From Microgenomates bacterium OLB23 (lineage in GTDB: Bacteria; Patescibacteriota; Microgenomatia; UBA1406; HO2-37-13b): a stretch of 64,000 nt of DNA. A program made the translations under genes and the position numbers. The stretch is taken from assembly GCA_001567245.1 (NCBI GenBank), contig LMZU01000001.1, positions 14,235-78,234 of the forward strand, given 5' to 3'. The notes beneath the pieces were generated by a model that saw nothing but the letters and a program-made list of their open reading frames with translations, was not told the DNA's origin and did no database searches. Positions 6,136-15,969 of the stretch are shown here, in pieces. Positions within the stretch are counted from its first letter, which is position 1, and every line of letters starts with the position of its first letter.

Positions 6136-8217
6136 ATGGCACAAATAGACGAAATCCGAAAAAATAGTATCGAAAAACTTGAAAAAATTCGTGCGCTGGG
6201 GTGGAATCCGTATGCTTCTCGATTTACCAAACAACATTCTGTAGCACAAGCTCTCACCATGGTAGGTCAAGAAGTGCAAACAGCAGGAAAGCTTACTTCT
6301 ATTCGCACACATGGCAACATTACCTTTGCAGATATAAAAGATGTCACAGGAGATATACAGGTTTTCTTTAAAAAAGACTCACTCGGTGCCGAAGCGTATA
6401 AAAACCTTAAACTTCTCGATGCGGGCGATGTAGTTGGCTGCAAGGGTGTTGTGGGTAAAACCTCCACAGGAGAAACCTCCATTATTGCTACAGAATATAT
6501 GCTACTTACAAAATCTATATTGCCCTTGCCAAACGAATGGTATGGTCTTAAAGATGTTGAAACCCGTTATCGAAAGCGCTATCTTGATTTACAACTTAAT
6601 CCGCATGTAAAAGACATTTTTATAATGCGTAGTAAGGTAGTTACTTTGCTCAGAAACTACCTAGACGAACACGGCTTTTTAGAGGTAGAAACCCCTGTTT
6701 TGCAGCCAATTTATGGTGGGGCATATGCAAAGCCTTTTATAACGCAATATAATGCACTAGAATCTGATTTTTATCTTCGTATTGCAGTTGAGCTGTATCT
6801 TAAAAGACTCTTGGTTGGAGGTTTTGAAAAAGTATACGAATTAGGAAAGAATTTTCGTAATGAGGGTTTTAGCAGAGCTCACAACCCAGAGTTTACCATG
6901 CTTGAGTTTTACTGGGCATATGCAGACTACGAAGATCTAATGAAATTTACCGAAGAAATGTTAACGCATGTTATTAAAGAAATTAACGGTAGTCTAAAGG
7001 TAGAATCTGAAGGTACTACCTACGATTTTACCGCACCATGGGAACGCAAAACATACAGAGAGTTATTTATAGAACACATGCAGCTTGATATTAATGAATA
7101 TTCTAATGAAGAGAAGCTTACCAAGATTGTAGAAGAAAAAAAACTTCTCGACCAGAAAGTTGTGGGTTATGGCCAAATGCTTGACGAATTATACAAAAAG
7201 TATGTACGCCCACACCTAAAAGGCCCTCTTTTTGTTACCGAGTACCCGCTCGAGATAAAGGCACTTGCAAAGGCAAGCGAAAAAGACAGTACAAAATCTG
7301 CGAGCTTTCAGTTGCTGCTTAACGGCATTGAGATGATAAACGCATACAATGAGCTTAACGATCCACTAGACCAAAAAGCCCGCTGGGAAGAAGAAATGAA
7401 ATTAGCAGCGCGAGGTGGAGAAGATTATCAGGTTCTTGACGATGATTACATTGAAGCATTGTCGTACGGTATGCCCCCAACGGCAGGTTGGGGAATGGGC
7501 ATTGATCGTATGGTAGCATTTTTAGCCGGTCAACATAGCATAAAAGAAACAATTCTCTTTCCTACTGTGCGGCCAGAGCATGTGTTGCCACAAAATAGTG
7601 CTCCTGCGATGCCTGCACAAAGAGCAGTTATAACCCCCTCTGCGCAACTTACTATTACACGTGATATTGCACTAAACATACTTACATCACATCTAAAAAA
7701 TCGTAATCTTATTAACCATTGTAAGGCGGTAGAAGCTGTTATGGGTGCTTTAGCAGAGAGGTTAGGTGGTGATGCAGCATTGTGGAAAATGGCAGGGTTA
7801 CTGCACGATGCAGATTGGGAAGAAACACAATCTGATCCCTCGCAACATACACATAAAACCGTTAAGTGGATACAAGAGGCGGGAGAATCATCGGAGGAGT
7901 TGATTAACTGTATATATTCACACAACCATCATCACAATGGCTACAGAGAGCCAGTGTCATTAATGGAGTGGTCTTTGTACTGTTGTGATGAGCTAACTGG
8001 TTTTATTGTAGCTGTTGCGCTAGTGCGACCAGAAAAAAAACTAGCCTCGGTTACTTCAGATGCAGTTCTTAAAAAGTTCCCTCAGCTGGCATTTGCTCGC
8101 CCAGTTGATAGAGCACAAATTAAGCTGTGCGAAGAAAAACTAGGAATTCCACTAGACGAATTTGTATCACTCGCGCTTTCTGCAATGCAAGGCGTTGCTG
8201 ATGATCTTGGGCTTTAA
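6136..8217 (+). CDS. lysS: lysyl-tRNA synthetase (class II) fused to a C-terminal HD-domain hydrolase (COG2316-like)
   Basis: 693 aa continuous ORF. Residues up to ...ETILFPTVRPE are a canonical class II LysRS (OB fold, motifs 1-3). After a ~25 aa linker, ITRDIALNIL...NHCKAVEAVM...LLHDADWEE...HNHHHNGY...DELTGFIVAVALVRP matches stand-alone HD hydrolases from memory. Confidence 0.85.
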   Translation: MAQIDEIRKNSIEKLEKIRALGWNPYASRFTKQHSVAQALTMVGQEVQTAGKLTSIRTHGNITFADIKDVTGDIQVFFKKDSLGAEAYKNLKLLDAGDVVGCKGVVGKTSTGETSIIATEYMLLTKSILPLPNEWYGLKDVETRYRKRYLDLQLNPHVKDIFIMRSKVVTLLRNYLDEHGFLEVETPVLQPIYGGAYAKPFITQYNALESDFYLRIAVELYLKRLLVGGFEKVYELGKNFRNEGFSRAHNPEFTMLEFYWAYADYEDLMKFTEEMLTHVIKEINGSLKVESEGTTYDFTAPWERKTYRELFIEHMQLDINEYSNEEKLTKIVEEKKLLDQKVVGYGQMLDELYKKYVRPHLKGPLFVTEYPLEIKALAKASEKDSTKSASFQLLLNGIEMINAYNELNDPLDQKARWEEEMKLAARGGEDYQVLDDDYIEALSYGMPPTAGWGMGIDRMVAFLAGQHSIKETILFPTVRPEHVLPQNSAPAMPAQRAVITPSAQLTITRDIALNILTSHLKNRNLINHCKAVEAVMGALAERLGGDAALWKMAGLLHDADWEETQSDPSQHTHKTVKWIQEAGESSEELINCIYSHNHHHNGYREPVSLMEWSLYCCDELTGFIVAVALVRPEKKLASVTSDAVLKKFPQLAFARPVDRAQIKLCEEKLGIPLDEFVSLALSAMQGVADDLGL

Positions 8218-8230
8218 TTATCTGTTTGTC

Positions 8231-8853
8231 ATGAAGTTATTGGTAGGTACTCATAATCCGGCGAAGCAGCAAGACATTATTCGTTCGTTTTCCCTCGAAG
8301 GCTCACTACAGGGCATTCATTTTGATTTTGTACTTCCCCATGAATTGGGCATTCACACAGATATAGAAGAAAGCGGCAGCACCTTTGAGGAGAATTCACG
8401 CATTAAGGCCGAATATTTTTTTTAAAGCTTCTGGCATACCCACCATAGGTGATGATGGTGGCATTATGATTAAAAGACTCAACAATGAGCCAGGGGTTTA
8501 TACAAGACGTTGGATAGGCAAAGACGATGCCACAGACGAAGAAATTATTAACTATATATTAAAAAGAATGGTCCATCTTAAAGGTCCAGAAGAGAGAAGT
8601 ACAACATTTACCACATGTGTTACATTTAAAGATGCCAATCATATGTTGCAGGAGTTTGGTGTAGCCAAAGGTTATATGGCCGAAACTCCGCTCTTAAATA
8701 AAAGTACCAATGGGTTTCCTATGCGCGTATTGTTTATGCATGAAAATGGCAGGTACTACGATGAGCTCACATCTGAGGAGCATGCGTTGTATAATCATAG
8801 AGACAAAGCTGTTAAAAAAACTTGTCGCCAAAATAAAACATGTTATCTATTGA
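8231..8853 (+). CDS. rdgB: dITP/XTP pyrophosphatase (RdgB/HAM1 family); two frameshifts in assembly
   Basis: MKLLVGTHNPAKQQ...AEYFF|KASGIPTIGDDGG. The frames join if T8 8416-8423 is read as T7. A7 8814-8820 read as A6 gives the natural end ...AVKKLVAKIKHVIY* overlapping the serS ATG. Confidence 0.8.
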
Positions 8854-10096
8854 CTATATTCGTAACAACAAAGAAAAGGTTGAACAGGATGCCATTAATA
8901 AAAATAGACCTTTTGACATAAACCGACTTCTGGATCTCGATGAAGCTCGCAGAAAGGCAATGACAAGTGCTCAGGAGTTGCGCCAGAGGCGCAACGAACT
9001 AGCTAAGGCAGGTAACAATGACTCGGCACGAGAAGAAGGTAAACAGCTTAAAGAGCAGCTAAAACAAGCAGAAGAGCATTTAGATGCTATAGACAAAGAG
9101 TACAACCAACTTATGCTGCATGTGCCAAATGTGGTGTTAGACGAAGTACCTGTTGGCAAAGACGAGAGCGGCAACAAAGAAATAAAAACATGGGGAACTA
9201 TTCCACAATTTGATTTTACACCGCGTTCGCATGATGAACTTGCCGCAGCTCTTAATTTAATAGATATGGAGCGAGGCTCAAAAATTGGAGGATTCCGCGG
9301 CTATTTTTTACTCAACGAGCTTGCTCTGATACAAATGGCACTTATGCAGTTTGCATTTGCCAAACTTGCGGCTAAGGGTTATACCCCAATAATACCCCCT
9401 GCAATAGTTAAAGAGTTTACACTTTTTGGTTCTGCGCACTTTCCATGGGGGCGTGCAGAAGATGTATATAAACTACACCAAGATGACGATGCTTTTTTAG
9501 CGGGAACTGCAGAAATTCCAGTAACTGCATTTCATAGTGATGAGGTGCTATCTGAAAAAGATCTCCCTAAAAAATTTGTTGCTATGTCACCATGTTACCG
9601 ACGCGAAGCGGGTGCGTATGGAAAAGATACAAAAGGCATTATGCGAGTACACGAATTTTGGAAGATTGAGCAGGTGATTATTGCGAAAAATGATATTAAC
9701 GAAGCTCGAGCTCTTCATAATGAGTTACAACAAAATACTGAGGAAATTTTTCAAGATTTGGAGTTGCCTTATCATGTACTACTCATGTGCACAGGAGACA
9801 TGGGAGAACCACAAATGCTCAAGTACGATACCGAGGTATGGATTCCATCTGAGCATGCATATAGAGAAGTTGCATCAAACTCTATAATGGGTGATTTTCA
9901 AGCGCGCCGACTTAAAATGCGCTATAAAAAAGCAGACGGTAGCATTGAGTATTGTTATACCCTTAATGATACTGCAATTGCTTCTACGCGTCCGCTCATT
10001 GCAATTCTCGAAAACAATCAACAAGAAGATGGTAGTGTTAAAGTTCCTAAAGTGCTTCAACCACTCGTCGGATTTGATACAATAAAACCCCACTAA
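8840..10096 (+). CDS. serS: seryl-tRNA synthetase
   Basis: 418 aa intact, with an N-terminal coiled-coil arm and a class II core. Confidence 0.95.
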   Translation: MLSIDYIRNNKEKVEQDAINKNRPFDINRLLDLDEARRKAMTSAQELRQRRNELAKAGNNDSAREEGKQLKEQLKQAEEHLDAIDKEYNQLMLHVPNVVLDEVPVGKDESGNKEIKTWGTIPQFDFTPRSHDELAAALNLIDMERGSKIGGFRGYFLLNELALIQMALMQFAFAKLAAKGYTPIIPPAIVKEFTLFGSAHFPWGRAEDVYKLHQDDDAFLAGTAEIPVTAFHSDEVLSEKDLPKKFVAMSPCYRREAGAYGKDTKGIMRVHEFWKIEQVIIAKNDINEARALHNELQQNTEEIFQDLELPYHVLLMCTGDMGEPQMLKYDTEVWIPSEHAYREVASNSIMGDFQARRLKMRYKKADGSIEYCYTLNDTAIASTRPLIAILENNQQEDGSVKVPKVLQPLVGFDTIKPH

Positions 10097-10097
10097 T

Positions 10098-12836
10098 ATG
10101 CTTGGATTTGTAAAAAAAATATTCGACTTTAATGAGCGAGAAATTACTCGCATACGTGGCGTTGTAGCAACAGTTAACACACTCGAAGACGACGCCCGAA
10201 AGCTTAATGACGCAGATTTTCGCACAGAAACCGCGAAATTAAAAAAGCAAATTGCAGAAGGCAAAAACCTCGATGAAGTGCTTCCATGGGCCTATGCATT
10301 AGTGCGAGAAGCTTCTCGAAGAATGCTAGGTTTGCGACAATTTGACGAACAGCTTATTGCGGGCGTTGCCCTGCACGAAGGCAAAATTGCAGAACAAAAA
10401 ACCGGCGAGGGTAAAACGCTTTCTGCGGTTGCGCCCTTGTACCTTAATGCACTAACCGGCAAGGGCGCTCATTTGGTAACCGTTAACGATTATTTAGCTC
10501 GTCGAGATGCGGGGTGGATGGGCCCTGTATATAATCTCTTGGGCCTGCAGGTTGCTTCGATTATCTCAGATAAAACGTATATCTACTATCCTGAGTACCA
10601 AGATGCAAATATATCAGACTGGCGCTTATTGCATCTAAAGCCTGTGTCGCGTAAAGAGGGTTATCTTGCCGACGTTACCTATGGAATTAACTCAGAATTT
10701 GGCTTTGATTACCTGCGCGACAACATGTCTAAGTCTATTGAGCAAGTAGTACAAAGAAATTTTCATTTTGCTATTATCGACGAAGTAGATTCAGTATTAA
10801 TTGATGAAGCAAGAACTCCACATATTATTTCGTCTGCCTACGAACAAGATGTCTCGCGATACTACGAATATGCACGTATTGTAAATCAATTAAGCGATAA
10901 AGATTATGTCATTGACGAAAAGCTTCGTACCTCTCATTTAACCGAAGAAGGAATTGCTAAGCTTGAAAAACTTCTTGGAGTTGACAATGTATACGAAAAA
11001 GACTACGAAACACTTTATCATGTTGAGGCTGCCCTTAAAGCCCACACATTGTTTAAAAAAGACAAGGATTACATTGTAAAAGACGGTCAGGTTATTATTG
11101 TTGATGAGTTTACTGGCCGACTTCTTGAAGGAAGACGATTTTCTGAGGGGTTACACCAAGCCATTGAAGCAAAGGAGAACGTAGAGATTAAACAAGAATC
11201 ACGTACTCTTGCAACTGTGTCACTACAAAATTATTTTCGTATGTATGAAAAGCTGGCGGGCATGACAGGAACAGCTCAAACAGAAGCAGAAGAATTTAGC
11301 AAAATATATAAATTAGATACACTAGTCATTCCTACACACCAGCAGGTTAAAAGAGTAGACCTTCCTGACTACATTTATAAAACCGAAAAGGGAAAGTTTA
11401 AAGCGGTTGTAGAAGAAATTGCGCGACTACATAAAGAAGGTATTCCAGTGCTTGTTGGTACTGTTTCTATAGACAAAAACGAAACATTATCACAACTGCT
11501 CAAAAAAAAGAACATTCCACACCAGCTTTTAAATGCAAAAAATCACGAAAAAGAAGCACAAATTATTGCTGGAGCCGGTATTAAGGGTGCAGTAACAGTA
11601 GCTACAAACATGGCAGGTAGAGGTGTAGATATTGTATTGGGAGGCGAACCGCCAAGCAGATTTAAAATTGATCCTGATAAGACTAAAAAACAAATAGAAG
11701 ACGAATACAACAAGTTGCAATCTGCCTGGCAGAAACGCCACGACGAAGTTGTAGAGCTAGGGGGGTTGCACGTAATTAGTACCGATCGTCATGAATCTCG
11801 CCGTATAGACAATCAACTTCGAGGTAGATCTGGTCGCCAGGGTGATCCTGGGCAAACACGATTTTTTGTATCGCTTGAAGACGATCTGATGCGCATTTTT
11901 GGCGGTGAACAAGTAAGTAAGGTTATGACATTTTTTAACCTTCCCGAAGATCAGCCGCTTGAGCACAGTATGGTTAGCAGAGCTCTAGAACAAGCTCAAG
12001 CTAAGGTGGAGGGGTTTAACTTTGATATGCGAAAAAATCTTGTTGAATATGATGATGTCTTAAACAAGCAGCGAGAGATTTTATATGGTATGCGTCGTCA
12101 TATTTTAGAGTCATCTCCCGAACACCCAGAGCAACTAGATGAAGAACTGGGTATTGCAATAGACAGTCAGGTGAATAGCCTTATTAACACATTCATTTTG
12201 TTAAGCGAAGAGCCAGATATAGAAGGTCTGGTAAAAGAGCTTGACAATTTGTTGCCGGCTACGTCTCAGCAGTTGAGCAATAAATTATCAAGCATTATTG
12301 GAGAAGAACCAATGCGTGAGGCAATAATGCACGAATTTGTATCGCTACTTAAAAAGCGAGAAAAAGAAGTTGGAAAAGATTTATGGGTCGAGGTAAAACG
12401 ATATCTCTTCCTAGATACCATAGATCGCTTTTGGACAGATCACCTTACAGCAATAGATGATCTTCGACAGGGAATTAATCTTCGCGGCTATGCACAACTT
12501 AATCCGCTAACCGAATACAAGAATGAAGCGTTTAGTATGTTTGAAAAACTTCTTACCGATGTACATTATGATGTGGTAAGAAGGCTCTTTCAAGTTCAGG
12601 TAAACAACGAAGAAACCTCTAAGGATATTAAGCAAGCACAGCAGCAGGCACCAAAACTACATTTGCATGCAGCATCTGCACAAAGCGCGCTTGGCAACAA
12701 GCCGGCTACAGAAACATCTCAACCTACCAAAGCAGTAGCCAAATCTGTAAAAAAACTAGGTCGCAACGACCCCTGCTGGTGTGGCTCCGGCAAAAAATAT
12801 AAAAAATGTCACATGAACGAAGATGCAGCACGATAG
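10098..12836 (+). CDS. secA: preprotein translocase ATPase SecA
   Basis: 912 aa intact, with DEAD-like motor motifs and a C-terminal zinc finger CWCGSGKKYKKCH. Confidence 0.95.
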   Translation: MLGFVKKIFDFNEREITRIRGVVATVNTLEDDARKLNDADFRTETAKLKKQIAEGKNLDEVLPWAYALVREASRRMLGLRQFDEQLIAGVALHEGKIAEQKTGEGKTLSAVAPLYLNALTGKGAHLVTVNDYLARRDAGWMGPVYNLLGLQVASIISDKTYIYYPEYQDANISDWRLLHLKPVSRKEGYLADVTYGINSEFGFDYLRDNMSKSIEQVVQRNFHFAIIDEVDSVLIDEARTPHIISSAYEQDVSRYYEYARIVNQLSDKDYVIDEKLRTSHLTEEGIAKLEKLLGVDNVYEKDYETLYHVEAALKAHTLFKKDKDYIVKDGQVIIVDEFTGRLLEGRRFSEGLHQAIEAKENVEIKQESRTLATVSLQNYFRMYEKLAGMTGTAQTEAEEFSKIYKLDTLVIPTHQQVKRVDLPDYIYKTEKGKFKAVVEEIARLHKEGIPVLVGTVSIDKNETLSQLLKKKNIPHQLLNAKNHEKEAQIIAGAGIKGAVTVATNMAGRGVDIVLGGEPPSRFKIDPDKTKKQIEDEYNKLQSAWQKRHDEVVELGGLHVISTDRHESRRIDNQLRGRSGRQGDPGQTRFFVSLEDDLMRIFGGEQVSKVMTFFNLPEDQPLEHSMVSRALEQAQAKVEGFNFDMRKNLVEYDDVLNKQREILYGMRRHILESSPEHPEQLDEELGIAIDSQVNSLINTFILLSEEPDIEGLVKELDNLLPATSQQLSNKLSSIIGEEPMREAIMHEFVSLLKKREKEVGKDLWVEVKRYLFLDTIDRFWTDHLTAIDDLRQGINLRGYAQLNPLTEYKNEAFSMFEKLLTDVHYDVVRRLFQVQVNNEETSKDIKQAQQQAPKLHLHAASAQSALGNKPATETSQPTKAVAKSVKKLGRNDPCWCGSGKKYKKCHMNEDAAR

Positions 12837-13795
12837 TATTATTCAATTTAAGTCGTATCTAGAAAAACCAGGTAAGGCCTTACTAGCTCTTCATCGACAC
12901 CCCGACCCCGACTCTGTGGCCAGTAATTTAGCAATGGCAGATGTGCTGCGTGAGTATGGTCATACGGTTGATATTGTATCTACAGATGCAATACCTTCTG
13001 CAATGTCATTCTTAAGCACTTCGATACAATTCGTTTTTTTAGATGACAAAGTGCTTGACTGGAGTGCCTATGATACTTTTTGGGCCCTCGATATGGCTGC
13101 CGGAGACAGGCATGGAATAGCAACACCAATACCCGAAAACCTAAACATAGTAGTAATAGATCACCACATAAGTAATAAAGGGTGGGGAACGGTAAACATT
13201 ATAGATAATAAAGAGCAGTATGTATCAACGTGCTCTATGTTGCTCACCTTTTTTAAAGAACTGCACATTAACATTACTGCAAATAGAGCAACCACATTGC
13301 TTACGGGTATTGCAGGTGATACAGGTTTTTTTTGTGTATGGCAGTGAAACAGCACTAGCAGAAACATTTAGAGATACAGCCTCACTTTTTGAAGCCGGGG
13401 CAGATTATCAAATTGTTAAAAAATCTATACTTGGATCTATGGAGCTTGGTGACCTTGCTTTTATGGCTAAAGCACTCGACAATGCAGACATTTACAAAAA
13501 AGCACTCATTGTGCCTGTGTCACATGAGTTGTGGCAAACATATGGTAGTTCTCTTCATAAAAATGAGTTTGTTGTGTACTACCTCAGTAAAATTAAAGAC
13601 ACAAATATTGGTGTGCTTATTATAGAAGAGCAGCCCACTACATTTAGATTAGAGTTTAGGTCACGAGATGTTACTTTTAATGTAGCAAAGCTTGCTGTTA
13701 CATTGGGTGGTGGTGGTCATAAAAATGCAGCAGGTGCTACGCTTCGTAACATGTCTATGCAAGAGGCAATACAAGCAGTAAAAAATTTATTGTGA
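12823..13795 (+). CDS. DHH/DHHA1 phosphoesterase (NrnA-like nanoRNase/pAp phosphatase); one frameshift
   Basis: Motifs VIDHH, GIAGDTGFF and GGGGHKNAAGA. ORFs 12823..13347 and 13220..13795 join if T8 13326-13333 is read as T7. Confidence 0.75.
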
Positions 13796-15031
13796 TAATT
13801 CTCGCGCCTCAATTTCTAAAAGTCTATTGTATTTTGCAAGACGTTCAGACCGGCTCATAGAGCCAGACTTTATAAAGTCTGCACCACAGGCAACGGCTAA
13901 ATCTGCAATAAAACTATCTTCAGTTTCTCCAGATCGATGAGATATAATAATGTTCCACCCAGCTTTGCGAGTGGCTAAAATTGCTTGAGCAGTTTCTAAA
14001 ACAGAACCTATTTGGTTGGGTTTTATTAATACAGAGTTAGCGGCCATAAGTTCTATACCTTTTTTAATACGCTCCACATTTGTTACAAACAAATCGTCTC
14101 CCACAATGTTCATAGATTTTCCGTGTGTGTTTGTAAATTTGGCAAAGGCTTCCCAGTCATCTTCGGCAAAAGGATCTTCTAATGAGAGTATGTTATATTT
14201 TGCAATTATGTCTTCATAATACTTTGTGAGTGCCTCAGCAGAGAGCATATCATGTTCTTTTTGTAGCTCGTATTGTCCGTTTTTATACAGTTCGTTGGCA
14301 GCAACATCTATTGCAATATCAATTTCTGCGCGTGAATAACCCACCTTTTGGATTGCATCGCTAATAAGCACGAGTGCCTCTTCATTGTTGTGTAATGCCG
14401 GCGCAAAACCCCCTTCATCTCCAACGCCAACGGTGTGGTTTTTTTCTATAAGTAGTGCCCGCAACCCATGAAAAATTTCAGAAGCCTGGCGCACAGATTG
14501 AGCGGGACTTTTTTCTACAGGTACAAGCATGTATTCCTGAAAGTCTAAATTCCAGTTTGCATGAGCACCCCCATTAATAACATTTACCATTAATCGGGGG
14601 AATGCTGGTTGTGTGCTGGTAAAATAATGGTCGTGCAAGGTTTGCCATAGTGGCTGTTTCTTTACTTGGCTTAGTGTACGTGCGAGAGCCATTGACACAG
14701 CAAGAATAGTATTTGCACCAAGAGTAGTTTTTTGAGGGTTTTCATCTGCAGTAAGCAACAGCATGTCGAGCTCTCTAAGGTTCTCGATAGGTTTGTGTAC
14801 CAAGAGAGGGTTGATGGTATTGTTAATGTGGTCGAGAGCTTTTTGTACGCCTAATCCACCATAGCGGTTATCGCCATCACGGAGTTCAATAGCTTCATGA
14901 GACCCTGTAGATGCACCAGAAGGTACTAATGCAGACCCAACAATACCGTTTTCAAGTTCTACATATGCTTTTACTGTAGGGTTACCCCTAGAGTCAAGCA
15001 CCTCTAACCCAGAAATTCGTGTGATGTTCAT
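13787..15031 (-). CDS. eno: enolase
   Basis: Start trimmed to MNITRISGLEVLDSRGNPTVKAY. Full-length conserved enolase, ending ...SGETEDSFIADLAV... Confidence 0.95.
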   Translation of the reverse strand: MNITRISGLEVLDSRGNPTVKAYVELENGIVGSALVPSGASTGSHEAIELRDGDNRYGGLGVQKALDHINNTINPLLVHKPIENLRELDMLLLTADENPQKTTLGANTILAVSMALARTLSQVKKQPLWQTLHDHYFTSTQPAFPRLMVNVINGGAHANWNLDFQEYMLVPVEKSPAQSVRQASEIFHGLRALLIEKNHTVGVGDEGGFAPALHNNEEALVLISDAIQKVGYSRAEIDIAIDVAANELYKNGQYELQKEHDMLSAEALTKYYEDIIAKYNILSLEDPFAEDDWEAFAKFTNTHGKSMNIVGDDLFVTNVERIKKGIELMAANSVLIKPNQIGSVLETAQAILATRKAGWNIIISHRSGETEDSFIADLAVACGADFIKSGSMSRSERLAKYNRLLEIEARELSQ

Positions 15032-15063
15032 ATTAAAAAAGATCGAGCTGGTCACTTGTTTCT

Positions 15064-15969
15064 TTATGTGTTTTTGCAGCTCGTTGTGTGTTTTTTTGTA
15101 TCTGCTGCCCAAAAAAATCTATTGTGCAGACTTTTTATTTGATATGCTTCAAAAAAGCTTCTCAATGCCTCATTATACTCATGAAACTCAGTGTCATCAA
15201 GTTCGATATCTATGCCATCAACTTCGTGTACAAGCACCGCGAGCTGCTTTGCAAGCAGAGCATCTTCTTTATAAGATTTCAGGAGGTCATATAGCTTTGT
15301 TCCTGAAAGCTCATGAATGTGAGAATATATATTTTCAATAGTTTTGTATTTGTTGAGCAAATCCAGTGCTGCCTTGGGGCCAATACCAGGAACACCCTTA
15401 TAGTTGTCAGAAGGGTCACCCACTAAGGCTTTATAATCGGGAATATGCATAGGGTCAACGCCAAACTTTTCTTGCACTTTTTGTACGTCATATAGCGTGC
15501 CCTCTTTATGCGCACTAATTTGAGGGGTAAGAACAAATGTTTTAGCACTTACTAATTGGAAGATGTCTTTATCTCCTGTTAAGATAACTGTAGTATAGTT
15601 TTCTTGTTCTGCTTTTTTTGCAACGACCGCTATAAGATCATCAGCTTCAAAGCCCTCCTTTTCTATATGTACAATCCCGGCTGCAGTAAGAAATTCTCTG
15701 ACAATGGGGAATTGTGTAATAAGCCCATCATCTGTTTTAGGTCTTTGTGCACGATACTCTTTAAAGAGCGCATCTCTAAATGTAGGTGCGGGATGGTCAA
15801 AACATACAACAACATGATTAGCCTGCAGATTTTGACGAACCTTATGCAGCACAGAAGCAAAGCCATACACCGCATTGGTGGGAACGCCGTCTTCACGAGA
15901 AAAATCTGGAAGAGCATGGAAGGCTCTATGCATTAGCGCGTTTCCATCGATTATAAGAAGTTTTTTCAT
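15064..15969 (-). CDS. stand-alone 5'-3' exonuclease / flap endonuclease (Pol I N-terminal domain-like)
   Basis: [21 protein letters not shown]... with PIN-like and H3TH motifs (GDPSDNYKGVPGIGPKAA). Confidence 0.85.
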   Translation of the reverse strand: MKKLLIIDGNALMHRAFHALPDFSREDGVPTNAVYGFASVLHKVRQNLQANHVVVCFDHPAPTFRDALFKEYRAQRPKTDDGLITQFPIVREFLTAAGIVHIEKEGFEADDLIAVVAKKAEQENYTTVILTGDKDIFQLVSAKTFVLTPQISAHKEGTLYDVQKVQEKFGVDPMHIPDYKALVGDPSDNYKGVPGIGPKAALDLLNKYKTIENIYSHIHELSGTKLYDLLKSYKEDALLAKQLAVLVHEVDGIDIELDDTEFHEYNEALRSFFEAYQIKSLHNRFFWAADTKKHTTSCKNT

